Part shown: one piece after another, positions 1-12,857 of the stretch
Position numbering within the stretch: position 1 is the stretch's first letter
Layout of the letters: each line of letters begins with the position of its first letter
Assembly: GCF_009914755.1 (NCBI RefSeq)
Contig: NC_060936.1
Length of the DNA: 64,000 nucleotides
Reading direction: 5' to 3' (one strand)
Source of the DNA: the human T2T-CHM13v2.0 reference genome, Homo sapiens
Translations under genes and position numbers: made by a program
Notes under the pieces: generated by a model
What the model was told of the DNA's origin: nothing
Database searches by the model: none
What the model saw: the letters and a program-made list of their open reading frames with translations, nothing else

Positions 1-32
1 AATCCCCACTTCTTAGAGAACAGCCTTAGCTT

Positions 33-593
33 ATGTATAGTTTCCCACAGCTGCAGAAACAAATTCCCACAAACTTGGCAGCTTAAAACAACATGCACTT
101 GTGATCTTACAGTTCTGGAGGTCACAAGCCTGCAGTGGGTTTCACTGGGCTGAAACCAAAGCATTGACAGGGCTGTGCTCCTTCTGGAGGCCCTTCTTTG
201 CCTTTTCCAGCTTTTGGAAGCAGCCAGCATTCCTTGGCTCATGGTCCCTTCCTGCATCTTCAAAACCAACAGTGTGGCATCATCAGATTACATTGGGCCC
301 ACCCAGATAATCCAAAATAATCTGCCCATTTTAAGATCCTCCACTTACTCACATCTGCAGAGTCCCCTTTGCCATGTCCTATGGTTTGAATGTATTCCCC
401 CAAAGTTCATGTATTGGACACTTAATCCCCAGTGCAACAGTTTTGAGAGGTGGAACCTTTCGGACGTGATTAGGTCATGAGGACTCTGTCCTCATGAATG
501 GATTAATGACATTATCACAGGAGTGGGTTAGTTATTGCAGGAGTGGGTTACTTATCACAGGAGTAGGTTCCTGATAAAATGATACATTAGGCC

Positions 594-635
<42 letters not shown>

Positions 636-889
636 CCTCGTGCTTTCTTGCCCTTCCACCATGGAATGATGCAGCAAGAAGGCCCTCACCAGATGCAGGC
701 CCCTTGACCCTGGACTGCCCAGTCTCTAGAACTGTAAAAAATAAATTTATTTTCTTTATAAATTTCCCAGTTAGTAGTATTCTGTAATAGCAACACAAAA
801 TGGACTGAGACACCATGTAAGGTGACACAGTCACACATTCCAGGGATTAGGACCTGGACATCTTTGGGGGCCATTATTCTGCCTACTAC
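33..889 (-). mobile_element. MaLR LTR (MLT1D-like), interrupted by an MST LTR
   Basis: Typical MLT1 text; the reverse complement starts gtagtaggcagaataatggccccc. Boundaries approximate. Confidence 0.75.
377..812 (+). mobile_element. MST-family solo LTR nested in MLT1, contains a (TC)n tract
   Basis: Starts t(c)ctatggtttgaatg, ends gactgagaca; 5-bp TSD CCATG at 372-376 and 813-817. Confidence 0.85.
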
Positions 890-1234
890 TGGTTGTACAA
901 GTAATGGATTCAACTCTGGGCTTAGCTCTAGCTCCTAAGCCATTAGAGCAAAACAAAGAGACACAGGCAAGGGACATTATCCCTCATGGCAGTGGGTGGA
1001 GAGGGGAGAGCCTGGAGCAAATGGCCCTAATGGAGCATTTGTGATAACTGCTATGTATAAGAAAGACACGGCACTCAGGGCCCACCTGAGTCAGAGAAAA
1101 CCCTCCATCTTGAAAGCTTAGGCAACCATGCATTCATTTAACAGGTATTTACTGAGTACCTGATATGTGTCAGTCACTGTCCTAAGCACTGGGATTCTAA
1201 GCACTAGCAGTGAGTAACACAGGTCAAAATCCCT

Positions 1235-1680
1235 CCACACGTATGTTCATTGCAGCACTATTCACATTAGCAAAGACATGGAATCAACCCAAATGCCCAT
1301 CCATGATAGACTGGATAAAGAAAATGTGGTACATATGTGCCATGGAATGAAAAGGAATGAGCAGCCATGAAAAGGAATGAGATCATGTCCTTTTGGGGAT
1401 GTGGATGGAGCTGGAAGCCATTATCCTCAGCAAACTAACGCAGGAACAGAAAACCAAATACCGCATGTTCTCACTTATAGGTGGGAGGTGAACAATGAGA
1501 ACACATGGACACAGGGAGGGGACAACACACATAGGCTCAGCTAATGCAAGCTGAGCTTAATACCTAGTTGATGAGTTGATAGGTGCAGCAAACCACCCTG
1601 GCACACATTTGCCTATGTAACAAACCTACACATCCTGCACATGTACCCTGGAACTTAAAATGAAAATAAAAATTGAAAAA
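1235..1680 (+). mobile_element. 5'-truncated primate L1 3' end inserted in an L2 remnant
   Basis: L1 ORF2-end/3'UTR text and A-rich tail; TSD AAAATCCCT at 1226-1234 and 1681-1689. Confidence 0.85.
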
Positions 1681-1716
1681 AAAATCCCTGCCCTCATGGA
1701 GTTCCCTCTAGTGAGG

Positions 1717-2132
1717 TGTTTTAGTTTCCCAAGGCTGCCATAACAAATTACTACCAACACAAATTTATCGTCTCCCAGTTCTGGAGGCCAGAAGTCTGAA
1801 ATCAAGGTGTCAGCAGAGCCGGGCTCCCTCTGGAGGCTATAGGGGCAAATCCTTCCTCACCTCTCCCAGCTCCGGGTGACTCCTGGTGTTTCTTGGCTTG
1901 GGGTAGGATAACCATCTCTGCCTTGGTCTTCACATGACCTTCTTCTGTGTGTCCAAATCTCCCTCTTCTTTCTCCTAGAAAATTCCCATTCACTGGGACA
2001 CCCTAAATCCAGGATGATTTCATCTCGACGTCCTTAACTCTTTACATCTACAAAGACCCTATTTCTACATAAGGTCACGTTCTGAGGTTCTGATGGGCAC
2101 GAATTTGGGGGAACACTCTTTAACGCACAACA
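1717..2132 (-). mobile_element. MLT1-family solo LTR inserted in the same L2
   Basis: TG...CA ends with perfect 5-bp TSD TGAGG (1712-1716 and 2133-2137). Confidence 0.8.
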
Positions 2133-2665
2133 TGAGGGAAGATGGACAGTGTGAAAATAAATGAGGAAAGAGAGAACATGTCACAGAGTAAACAGGGCTG
2201 TGAAGGAAAATAAAGCAGAAAAAGGAAATGGGGAGCGCTAGTTGGAGGCAGGGGGCGCTAAATTTAAACGGGAGCCCTGGAAGGCCTCAGTGAGAAGGGG
2301 CATCTGAGCCAAGACCCAAAGGGACCCACTCAGTTTTGGGGCTATCCGCCTTCATGGGCTATTGCACTATTGAGTGGAATGGCCGACAATTTGAGACAGA
2401 AGAGCCTTCCTCCTTTCCTTCCAATCCGGGATGTGTCCTTGTGCAGATCTCAAGCTTGACGTCTGTGCGGTGACACTTCTTTATGGTCCAGTGAGGCTCT
2501 AATGACAGCAATAATGATAATGGAATTGGGGATGGCCCCTCCTTCTCGTGTGAGGACCCCATTGTGCCGACTAATTGTGTAGAAGCAAGTAGGACAACTG
2601 TCTGTGGGGTGGAAGCGGTGGGGAGCAAAGAGGAATATGTCCTTTGGGCCTCAGGGAATTACTGA

Positions 2666-3256
<591 letters not shown>

Positions 3257-4908
3257 AGGTTTGTTTTTTGTTTAGTGGAGCTAGTAACTGACGTTCTCAG
3301 ACCTCAGCCTCCGTGCTACTTACCTGCACCATCTCTAATGGATGCTCTCTGACTTCCAACAAGCACCATTAAGAACATCCCTTTTAGTAAATATATGTTG
3401 TAATGGAATAGATTTTTTTGAAGTGACCTTATCTCAGGCAGCATGCACTTTCATAAGAATGTATTGATTGGCCTTTAAATATTCCTCAAATGTTTTCACT
3501 TGTCTCTGTGACCTAATATTTGTCCTGTTCCCAGCATCTCCTCCATATCCAAACACAATGTTCAGGTCTTCATTCGAAGCCTTCCTGCCAGTCTTTTGTT
3601 TTTTGCTTTTTAAACATTTTGATGCTTTTATTCTGCTATATGGAGGGTGCACTGTTTCTGATAGGCCAAATGTGGGATTTGATATTGCTTTCAGGAGGAT
3701 CGGGTTTTAATATCATTGCCACCTGTTTAGTGGTGGAGAAACTGAGGCCCACAGAGGCTAAGGAATGTGGCCCCCAGTTACACAGGGAGTATATGGGAGA
3801 GCAGCTTTGAACCCAGACCCTTCTGACTCAAGAGGTGTCATTTTCCCATTTTTATTTCCATGCTGCTGTTTTTTTAAATGGCTCCCCTAAATTATTTAGT
3901 TCATGGTTTGCATTTGGAAATAAACACCAACTTTTAGTACACTCATCGCCCACAAAAGAACCACATGGAGCAAAGGCCACAAACCCATTTTGTGTGAGTG
4001 TTTCAGTCTGCAAATGTGTTTTTTGTGTGCTAAATAGCTCAAAGTTTCAAGACAAAGGCTGTTTTTCCACCACGCCAGTGAACAGGCCAACCTAGTGAAC
4101 AAAAATCAATGAAATGACTTCTGCTGGTATCACTGAAACACAGACAAGAATTTAGCCATTTTAAAATTTCCTTGTTAATCCAATTCAGCTACCTTTTGTT
4201 GAATCCCAGCCATGGCCAAGTCCTGTACTAGGCCCTGGGGGAAACAAAGATGAATGAGGGTCTACTCTGATGAAGTTCACAGGTGAGTGTGGGAATAATT
4301 TCAATACACTGTGTAAAATGCTCTAATAGCTGGTACTCAAGGTATGAAAGGACTCCAAAGAACCCTTTAATATTTAGGAGGAAACAGAGTTGTGATTAAG
4401 AATCCCCCAAGAAGCCTCGAATTGTGTCTGCCTCCTTACATAGAAAAGGCATGTTGGGCATTGAGCTGGTGTGTGAGCAATGCCAAAGGGCATCTGGTCA
4501 ACCTCATTGCCCAAATCCCTTTCTCATCACTACCATTTTGTCTTTGGCTTATGTCATCCATTTTTTTGCCTAAATTTTCTGTTCCATTTTCCCATATAAT
4601 ATAATAATAATAATGAATATTTATTGAGGCATAATTGTAAACTCTTAGAACAGATGTACATTTTTCTCCCAACTTCATCAGGTGAAAACTATTATTTGCA
4701 TTTCTGCAGATGGAGAGCCTGAAACACAGAGAGGGCACATGTCTTGCTTGAGGTCACCAGCTTGCAAATGGCACAACCACTATCCTCCTTCCTTCACTAA
4801 GTTCTAGCCAAGCTGGTCTATTTCATCAGTTCCTTGCAGAGACCATGCTTTAAGTGCACTCAGATACTTTGCACATGCTGTTCCTTCTGCCTGGACTGCT
4901 CTTCCCAC

Positions 4909-4911
<3 letters not shown>

Positions 4912-4939
<28 letters not shown>

Positions 4940-5211
4940 GAGACAGAGTCTTGCTCTGTCACCCAGGCTGGAGTGCAGTGGCATGATCTCGACTCACTGC
5001 AGGCTCTGCCTCCAGTTCAAGCAATTCTCGTGCCTCAGCTTCCCGAGTAGCTGGGATTACAGGAATGCACCACCTCGCCCAGCTAATTTTTTGTATTTTT
5101 ATTAGAGACAGGGTTTCACCAGGTTGGCCAGGATGGTCTTGAGCTCCTGGCCTCAAGTGATCTGGCCTCCCAAAGTGCTGGGATTACAGGCATAAGCCAC
5201 TAGCACCGGCC
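4912..5211 (-). mobile_element. AluS
   Basis: Alu consensus, long T tract, TSD tcttcc(c/t)actact. Confidence 0.9.
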
Positions 5212-5214
5212 TCT

Positions 5215-6280
5215 TCCTACTACTCTTGACCCGACTACATGGTTCTCACCCTTGAATGCTTAGCTGAAATGCCATCTTTCTTCACTAGCCTGTCTAAAGT
5301 GGGTTCCTTTCTACTATATCTTTGGTTTCTGCAGAAGACGTACCTCAATTTGAAATTATTTTAAATGATTGTCTGTTTATTTGGTTTTTGTCTATGTGCT
5401 TCTCTGGACTGTAAGCTCAATAAGAGAAGGAACTTAACTGGCTTATCCATGGAAGTGTCTGCAGTTCCTAGTGGAGTGTTTGGCATCTGATGGGCTCTCA
5501 GTTAATATTTGTAGAATGAATGCCAGGTATGGTCTTAGGCCCTGAGGGTGCAAAGGTGAATAAGGTGGGCCTTTCCCTTTGGGGGATTTACAGTGTAGCT
5601 GGAGAGACAGGCAGGCAATCAGCAACTAATGCAGTATGCTGTGTAGAGTAGGAGCATGTGTAAATGTCATGGAGACACAGAGGAGGGAGTGACTGCTTTG
5701 CCTGGAGTCTGAGCAAACATCATAGAGGAAGACACTGAAATAGCCCTTGAACAAGGAATGTGATTTCACCAAGTGTTGCAGGCCCAGGCACGTTCAGGGC
5801 AGTGAGGATGGCACACGCTCGGGAGGGCCTGGCCTGTTTGCCCTGTATGTGTTTATCAAATGCCTGCTCTCCACGAGGCACTATGGAATAGATACCAGGG
5901 ATGGGTGTTTTTAGGAGCTTGCAGTCTAGAGAGATAGACTCATCAACCAAACTTACCTGGGGATGAGTTTGAAGAGGAAGGCAGGGGCCAGATCACAGTG
6001 TTGGGGTCAGAGATGGGCATGGAAACATGTATTGCAGACTGAGGTGCTGAAAGGCATGTAGACAGGAGAGTCTGGTATGGGAGAAAGGGTGTCATGAGAG
6101 ATTTTTAAGCAGGGAGTAACATCATCAGCTCTGTGCGTAAGAGTAACCCAGATGTTGATGTGGAGGTTGATGAGAGGAACAGGAAGTGGGAAGCGGGAGA
6201 CCTCATTTGGCTGCTGCAGGAACCCAGGTGAGAGGTGGGGGGTAAGCATGGGTTGTAGAGGATGCTTAGAATTCGTTTGG
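5215..6280. mobile_element. L2 fragments in both orientations
   Basis: L2 3'-end motifs (ctcagttaatatttgtagaatgaatg; gagatttttaagcagggagtaac). Boundaries approximate. Confidence 0.55.
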
Positions 6281-6938
6281 GTACAAGAGTTACCCAAACT
6301 AGCCAAAGTAGGCACAAAGTTTTGTAATTTGATCCGCCATGAGGATTATTGCTCATTAAACCAGACCAGGTAGTGGTTCCCAACATGTGTGACTAGAATT
6401 TCTCATCCCTCAGAACATCCTTCAACAAAAAAGCTGGAAGATGGTACATCATTCATTCTTGTCTCAGAAAGTTACAAAGCACAGTGGCATCTACAAGGCT
6501 CTGAGAAGTCCTGCAGCAGAGAGACTTGTTTAATTTTATTTAACTAGTGTTTCCCAAGCTTCTTGGCAATAGAACCCTACTTTAATATTAACACCAAAAC
6601 AAATCCAGGAACACAGTTTGAAAAATGCTGAGAAATTGAGTAAAACTTGTATTTTCCTATATGTTCATGTCTTGGAAGAATCTACTTGCTATTATGCTGG
6701 CATTTGTGATGTCGCTGCCCTGGAAGCCTTCAAAATTTTTGAGCAATTAGGTGTAGTAGTAAGAGATAGATGCCAGTGCCAGACACCATGCTAACTAACC
6801 TCTCTGCACCTCCGTTTCTCAACCTCTGACATGGAGGTGGTAACAATAACACCTACTTCATGGGCTGGTTGTGAGGATTACTGTGTTAATTCCCAGAAGT
6901 CCCCAGAAACAGTGCCTGGCCTATGGGCACTAGGAAGG

Positions 6939-7316
6939 TGCGATGGTTTGAAAATGTCACCTAAAAAGCGTGTGTTGGGAATTTAATCCCCAATGCAACT
7001 CTGTTGAAAGGTGGGACCTAGTGAGAGGTGTTTAGGTCATGAGGGCTCTGCCTTTGTGAATGGATTAATGCCAATCATAGAAGGGCTTCAGGCTGCAAAT
7101 TCAGTCTCTTTCTCTTGTTCACATGCGCATGCCCTCGCTCTCTCTTGCTCTTCCACCTCCTGCCGTGGGATGATTCAGCAATAAGGCCCTCGCCAGATGC
7201 AGGCCCCTCGACCTTGGACTCTCCAGCCTCCAGAACTGTAAAAAATAAATTTCTTGTCTTTATAAATTACCCAGTCTGTGGTATTCTATTATAGCAACAC
7301 AAAACAGACTAAGACA
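6939..7316 (+). mobile_element. MST-family solo LTR inserted in a MIR
   Basis: tgcgatggtttg...gactaagaca; near-TSD gaagg/gatgg; MIR core on both sides. Confidence 0.8.
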
Positions 7317-10300
7317 GATGGGCTCAGTCACTATTAGCTATTCTGAGAGGCAATATAGGTAGCTGATGAGACCACAGGCTTTGAGGCTACACTGCCTGAC
7401 TTAGTAGGTCAGCTCCTCTGCTTACTATCCCTGTGACCTTAGGAAAGCAATATGGAACCAGCTATGCCTCAGTTTCCCACATCTGTGAAGCAGGGACAAT
7501 TATTGCAGCTACTTAGAGGTTTGTTGTGAATAATAAATGAATCAAATCATGTGAAAAGACATCGCCTGGCATGTTAGATGTTTTTGCTTAAAAAAAATCT
7601 TTTAATTGTCTCTGTTATTAGCATAATTTTATCATGTAGACTGACTTTCAGCTTCAGTGATGAAGATCCAATTTTTGAGCTTTCCCAGCAAGTTATTTTG
7701 GTCTTATGTTTTGGCATTCCCCTCTTAAAGAGTCTGGAGGCCTTTCATTTGAAGTTTAGTTTGTCACAGACTTCCTATTCTCGTCCATTCAGTAGACTTT
7801 GGTTTCCTCATCTCATGGACTGGCAATTGTAAAGAAAGTCCCCCGATTCTGGAGACCACCTCGCCCCTCCACTGGGCTCTGTGCCTTCCCTAAAAATGCA
7901 GACATCTGTTTCAAATCACTTAGCAAAAGACCTTGGGTTGCTCTTATAGCAAAGCCCTCCCCCAGCATGGATGCAGTCTCTTGTTTCCTGGGAGAGAGAG
8001 AAGCTGGATTGTTTCCTTGTTAAAAGTTTTCTGATATTATATCAGTGTAGAATCTTTGGAACAGTTCACACTAACCCCCACATTCAAGCCACTTACCTGA
8101 TATGTAGTTATCAGATTCCTTCAGGGACTGTCTGCTCTTGGTGAACAATTAGATTAGAGGATGCTGATGAAATTTGAGTGGCAGGAAGTAGAAGTTACAT
8201 TTCTGAGTTCAGAGTTTCTATTTCAAGGTTGAGTAAGTGGTAAATTTTTACTGCAAGATTCTAGCCTAACAGAGTTGGCTTCTCAAGGTCCCCCAGCCCG
8301 GCCCATGGGTATTTCACCTGCTTGGAAACTTCAGCTCCTTTTCAGAGGTGGGCCTCCCTGTTCTTTATGTTGGCATGAAAACAATTAATAATTTAAGCCA
8401 TGCCCATTAAAAAAATAGAAATGCTGTATAAATACAATACTGTAATAATAAATTTAAAAGTCGATCCAGCTGGGCGCTGTTCCCACACTACCAGCTGAGC
8501 AGAAACACAAATAAGTAAAGAAGAAAACTGCTATATAATGCAAATGGCTGCAATCTCATTGTTTTCTGCTATTGTTTATTGCAAATATATAGTAGTAAAG
8601 TTACATTATGGATAAGTAGGTTTTGTGGGCTAACCTGGAAACCTAATCACTGTTTATAACATTATTTCTATGGGGGAAAAATGCATTTTATATTAGAAAC
8701 AGATGGTTTGCAAGAAAACCTTTTTGGGAGTAGAATGGATTTCTAAGTCCAGGGCCGCCTGAAATTTTAACCTCTTGCTAGTTGTGTGGTTGTGTTGTAT
8801 TCACAGCTAGTGATAGAGGAAAATTAGAGGCCTCTCAGAATGCCCACTTCTGTGTTCTCCCCCAAATCCTTGCTAACCGCTTCATCCTACAGTCTCTGCC
8901 TTACCTTCTGTCTTCTCTGTTTCTGGGGTCCCCATCCCTGTGTCCTCATCCTGGCCCAGCTCCACCCTGCAACCACTGGTTGAGGTCCCAGGAAGCCAGG
9001 AGGAACTATGAAAGTCCTCTATTAAGTGGTGGTTAGGATCTATAGGAAGGCATGAAGCCAGGGGGCCAAGTTTGTGGGCTCTGAAATCAGACTTCTGCCA
9101 CTTGGCAGCTATGTGGCCTTGATATGTTACTGTACTTCTCTGAGCTTCTGTTTCATCCGTAAAGAGTGAGGTTGTTGTGAGAACTAACTGCAAACACTCC
9201 CATCAGTGCCTGGCACACAGTAATGTTTCCTCCATGCCAGTCTGTGGTGGGGTAATTATTCAGGGATATTATGGGTTACACATATTTCTATGAACCCAGG
9301 AAGCAAACCCACTGTATAGAAAGACTTTCTAAGTTTTCAAACAGTGAACTTAGAAACAAGTGTCTGGGACCTTCCTGTTTATGACTTGGGGCCGGAGTAG
9401 GTTTGGAACTTTTTTTTTTTTTAAATCTGTTGGGGGTGAGGGAGGGGGCGGTTACATACTTATATAGTTGAATGCCAATATCAAACTCTAGTATTATCTC
9501 GAATACATTAAGCTCTACAGCAGATTTTATAGCAAACTAACAAGAACAGCTTTCTTAAATAGTTTCATTGACTGAATTGTTTCTACATACAGTGTTTTTC
9601 ACATAAGGGAAGTCTTTTTAAATTAACTTTTTGGTTTGGGGGATTTTTTTTTTTTTCCTTCAGGCAATCTTTTCTTTGCATTTGGGCAGGTTCTGTATTC
9701 TAATTTGCAAATAGGCTTGTGTCTGCCTGCAGGCTTTATCATGAAAGTATTAGCTCTAAGTGGAAATAAGGACTAGAAAAATAAAATACTGACTGGGAGT
9801 CTGAGGACTTTGGGATAGATCCTCAGTAGAGGATGGAGCAAAAGTAATAGTAAGTCAAGAAAGCAAATATATCTCTACCAGTTTCCCTAGAATATGTCCA
9901 TTCTTATCCAAATCCAATTTTCCTCCTATTCTTGGCCTGAAGAAATTGAAATGAAGCCATTAAGATATCAGCCTATCTGAGAGTGCATCACTGAAGAATC
10001 AGCCTCACTAAGAGTCCTGTGTGACAATGAGATTTTAATTTAATTAGGGCAGTGGCTCAAGTGTTTATGCACTTGACCGTTGCTCTTGTTGATACGCAGG
10101 AATTAGAGTGATAGCTTTCAAAAGGAATTATTTCAGAGTAACTAGCTTTGTTTACTAAAATATGGGAGCTATAAGATCTGCTCTGTAAGAAATGTAAATG
10201 TATGAGTAATATGCTGTCATGAAGATTTTATAATCTGCAGTATTTGAGAAGTAATAAGATACTGTTGTTGGCTGGCCATCTGGTTATACATACTTGGTGT

Positions 10301-12661
10301 CATGGTTTGCTTTTTATTTTTTCATTTTTTATTTGTACTGGTGAGAGGCAAAGAATAGGAGTTCAGAGGTGGTGGGTTGTTTTTTTATATATATATAAAA
10401 ACAAGGAATTTATGTTTAGTTGCTTAACATGGTTAGATTTTGTTTTTGCCTTATGCAGAATAAAAAATGAAAGGTTCATTTTATACTTTCTTTTCCCTTT
10501 TTTTTTCAAAAAGTAAAATGGAAACCTCACCCCCAATTTGTCCCCAGATTTAAACTTTTTGCTTGTTTTAAAAATAGTCTCTTTGGCATGAGGAGGAGTC
10601 AGACATGAATTAAAACTCTAGAAAGAAAAATCAGCAACAGAAAAGACCTATAGAGATTTCATATTTCATCCTTTCATTCAAAAATATTTATTGAAACCCT
10701 AGTATTTGCATATCATGCTGCCAGACACTGAGGGATTTGCTAAAGAAATATTAAAGACCTTCTCCCTTCTTTGAGGAGCTTAGAGCTTACTTGGGGAGAA
10801 CTGAGATAGACTTATGAAATAGTTAAGTTGTAATTCGAGGCAGCATATGATTAAATACCGAAATATGTACTTCTGACAAGAAATGCTATAGGAGTTCAGA
10901 AAAGGGAGTGATAACTCAGTGGCACTACTGTTTTCTGCCTACAAATTGGCAAATTGTAGCACTATTTGTATGAAATATTTTACACTTGTTTTTTTGGCAG
11001 CCTTAGGCTTTGACTCCCAGGCAGCATTAAGAGCCAACAAAAATATTTGTACTCCAGTCTCTTCGGAATTGGCTTATTTTTTTTTTTCTTATAGGCAGAG
11101 GAAGTGCCTTACACAAACCGGAGTGCCCATGAGAGGCAGGGAGTTTTTGACAGTCATGATCTATTTCAGATACAACCGAAAGAACCAGCTTCGTCATTCT
11201 GTTTTTCAATCCAGCAGTGCTTGTCTCTCCGTTGCAAACTCTCTCTGACATTGACAGGCGGTTTAATTTGAACTTAATGTCCTTGACGGATGAGCTAGCC
11301 ATCAAGGGTCAGATAAATTTATGGCTTTGGAGAATTGCCGATGAAAATCCCCATGGTTATAATGTTGGAGAAGAAACTGACACAGATGTAGTGGGAGGTG
11401 GAACACAGATGTGCTTATTGGGAGCAGGGTTCCCCAAATGTCAGAAGCCGGTGACATGCTAAAGGTATTGTGCTTGGGGATGACGTTTAGTGAAACTCAC
11501 TGACTTCCTGTTCTATTTTTGCCATATTCAAATTAACACAGAGCTCAAAGATGAAGCCATGAGGCCTAAATTCTTAAGAATTGAAAGAGAGAGAGAGTAG
11601 AGAAAGGAGAAAAAATAAAACCTTTAGGAAGCCAAATACACTGTTTGGGCCCATCCATTCCTCATTCCGCTCGGATCCCCTCCGGGACTCCCCGTAGCTG
11701 AATGTGGTCATCATTTGGTTGCTTTTCAATCTCATGATTCATGTGTTTTCAGTTTCTTTTAAAAATTCACCATCACTGGTTTACCACCCCTGCATTTTAA
11801 TCTTCAGCCTTGAGGAGGTGTAGTACTAGAAATATTTCGTTCTTTCCTTGATGCTATTCAATGGAATATCTGTGGAGTCCAACACCCTTTGGCGATAACG
11901 TGCTGTTGGTATTTGTTCTTCTTGCCAGGTTGGTGCCCCGTCTGGTGAGGCAAGGGTTCCCAAGTTAGTGTGACCTAGAGTGACTGACACATCAAGCAAG
12001 CCAGTGATCTCACCACTCAGCTTCTGAGCATCTCTTTATCAAAGTAGTTGGCCCTGGCCACAGCTTAAGACTTATCTGGGTCAGCCTCTGAGCTGGCTGA
12101 CTTGGGAAAATGGCCCTGGAAAAATGTTTCACCTATATCTTTTGATATAATTTGGTATCTGTCTAAATAAATGGTATGTAGCAGATGGTTATGGAATGTC
12201 TTATCAAATTCTTAGGCAGACTCTGCCCTTGAAATTTTTCTATTTAATTATCATACTGCAAAGCACAAAATAGTAACTTTGTTATTATTTTTAAACAAAA
12301 TCAAGTTACACAATAGGTTGATATTCTGAGAATGAATAGCAAACCTAAAATTTATACAATATGTGAACTCTTCCTTGAGCTGTTCTTTGCTAGGCATTTC
12401 TAAAAGGGAGCTCCCTATTTCAGAATCCATGGGAGGATGTGTTTCAGATATATTTGGCGATGTCATCTTGAGAGATGGCTCAGGAGTCGAAGTTCACCAT
12501 GTTGTCTACATTTGTTCTTTGCTCCTAGACATGATGGAAAAAAATGCTCTGCTGTTTTCTTGTTGCTTTTCATGGTTTTAGCATCATGTTCCTATTCTCG
12601 CTCAAATCAATAATCCACTGTACAAAGTCTGGCATTTTGTACTGAAGCCAAGTATAAGAAA

Positions 12662-12724
12662 GTTTTAACTAATGCACGTATGGGGTCGCTGTTTTAACTA
12701 ACACACGTATGGGGTCGCTGTTTT
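12662..12724 (+). repeat. 29-bp tandem duplication over the putative exon 5 branch point
   Basis: gttttaactaatgcacgtatggggtcgct / gttttaactaacacacgtatggggtcgct / gtttt. Confidence 0.9.
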
Positions 12725-12742
12725 GTTGCCTCGTTTTTTTAG

Positions 12743-12857
12743 GTGCACTTTTCAAGGAGATTGTGTACATTCAGAGAACTTAGAAAACTGGCTGGATATT
12801 TCGTCTGGAGCAAAAAAGTGCCCTAAAATTCAGATAATTCGAAGCAGTAAAGAAAAG
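12743..12857 (+). CDS. PLXNC1: PLXNC1 coding exon (probably exon 5), 115 nt; end of PSI-1: (R)CTFQGDCVHSENLENWLDISSGAKKCPKIQIIRSSKEK
   Basis: ttttttag|G acceptor and AAG|gtaaga donor; translation matches the plexin-C1 sequence I recall. Confidence 0.96.

Noticed and set aside
2246-2261. CTCF-like cagggggcgcta (other partial matches near 13012, 53666, 62356)
   Set aside because: Only partial consensus matches; the first lies in an L2 remnant
12662-12724. CRISPR-like repeat array
   Set aside because: Only two adjacent units without spacers, in eukaryotic DNA
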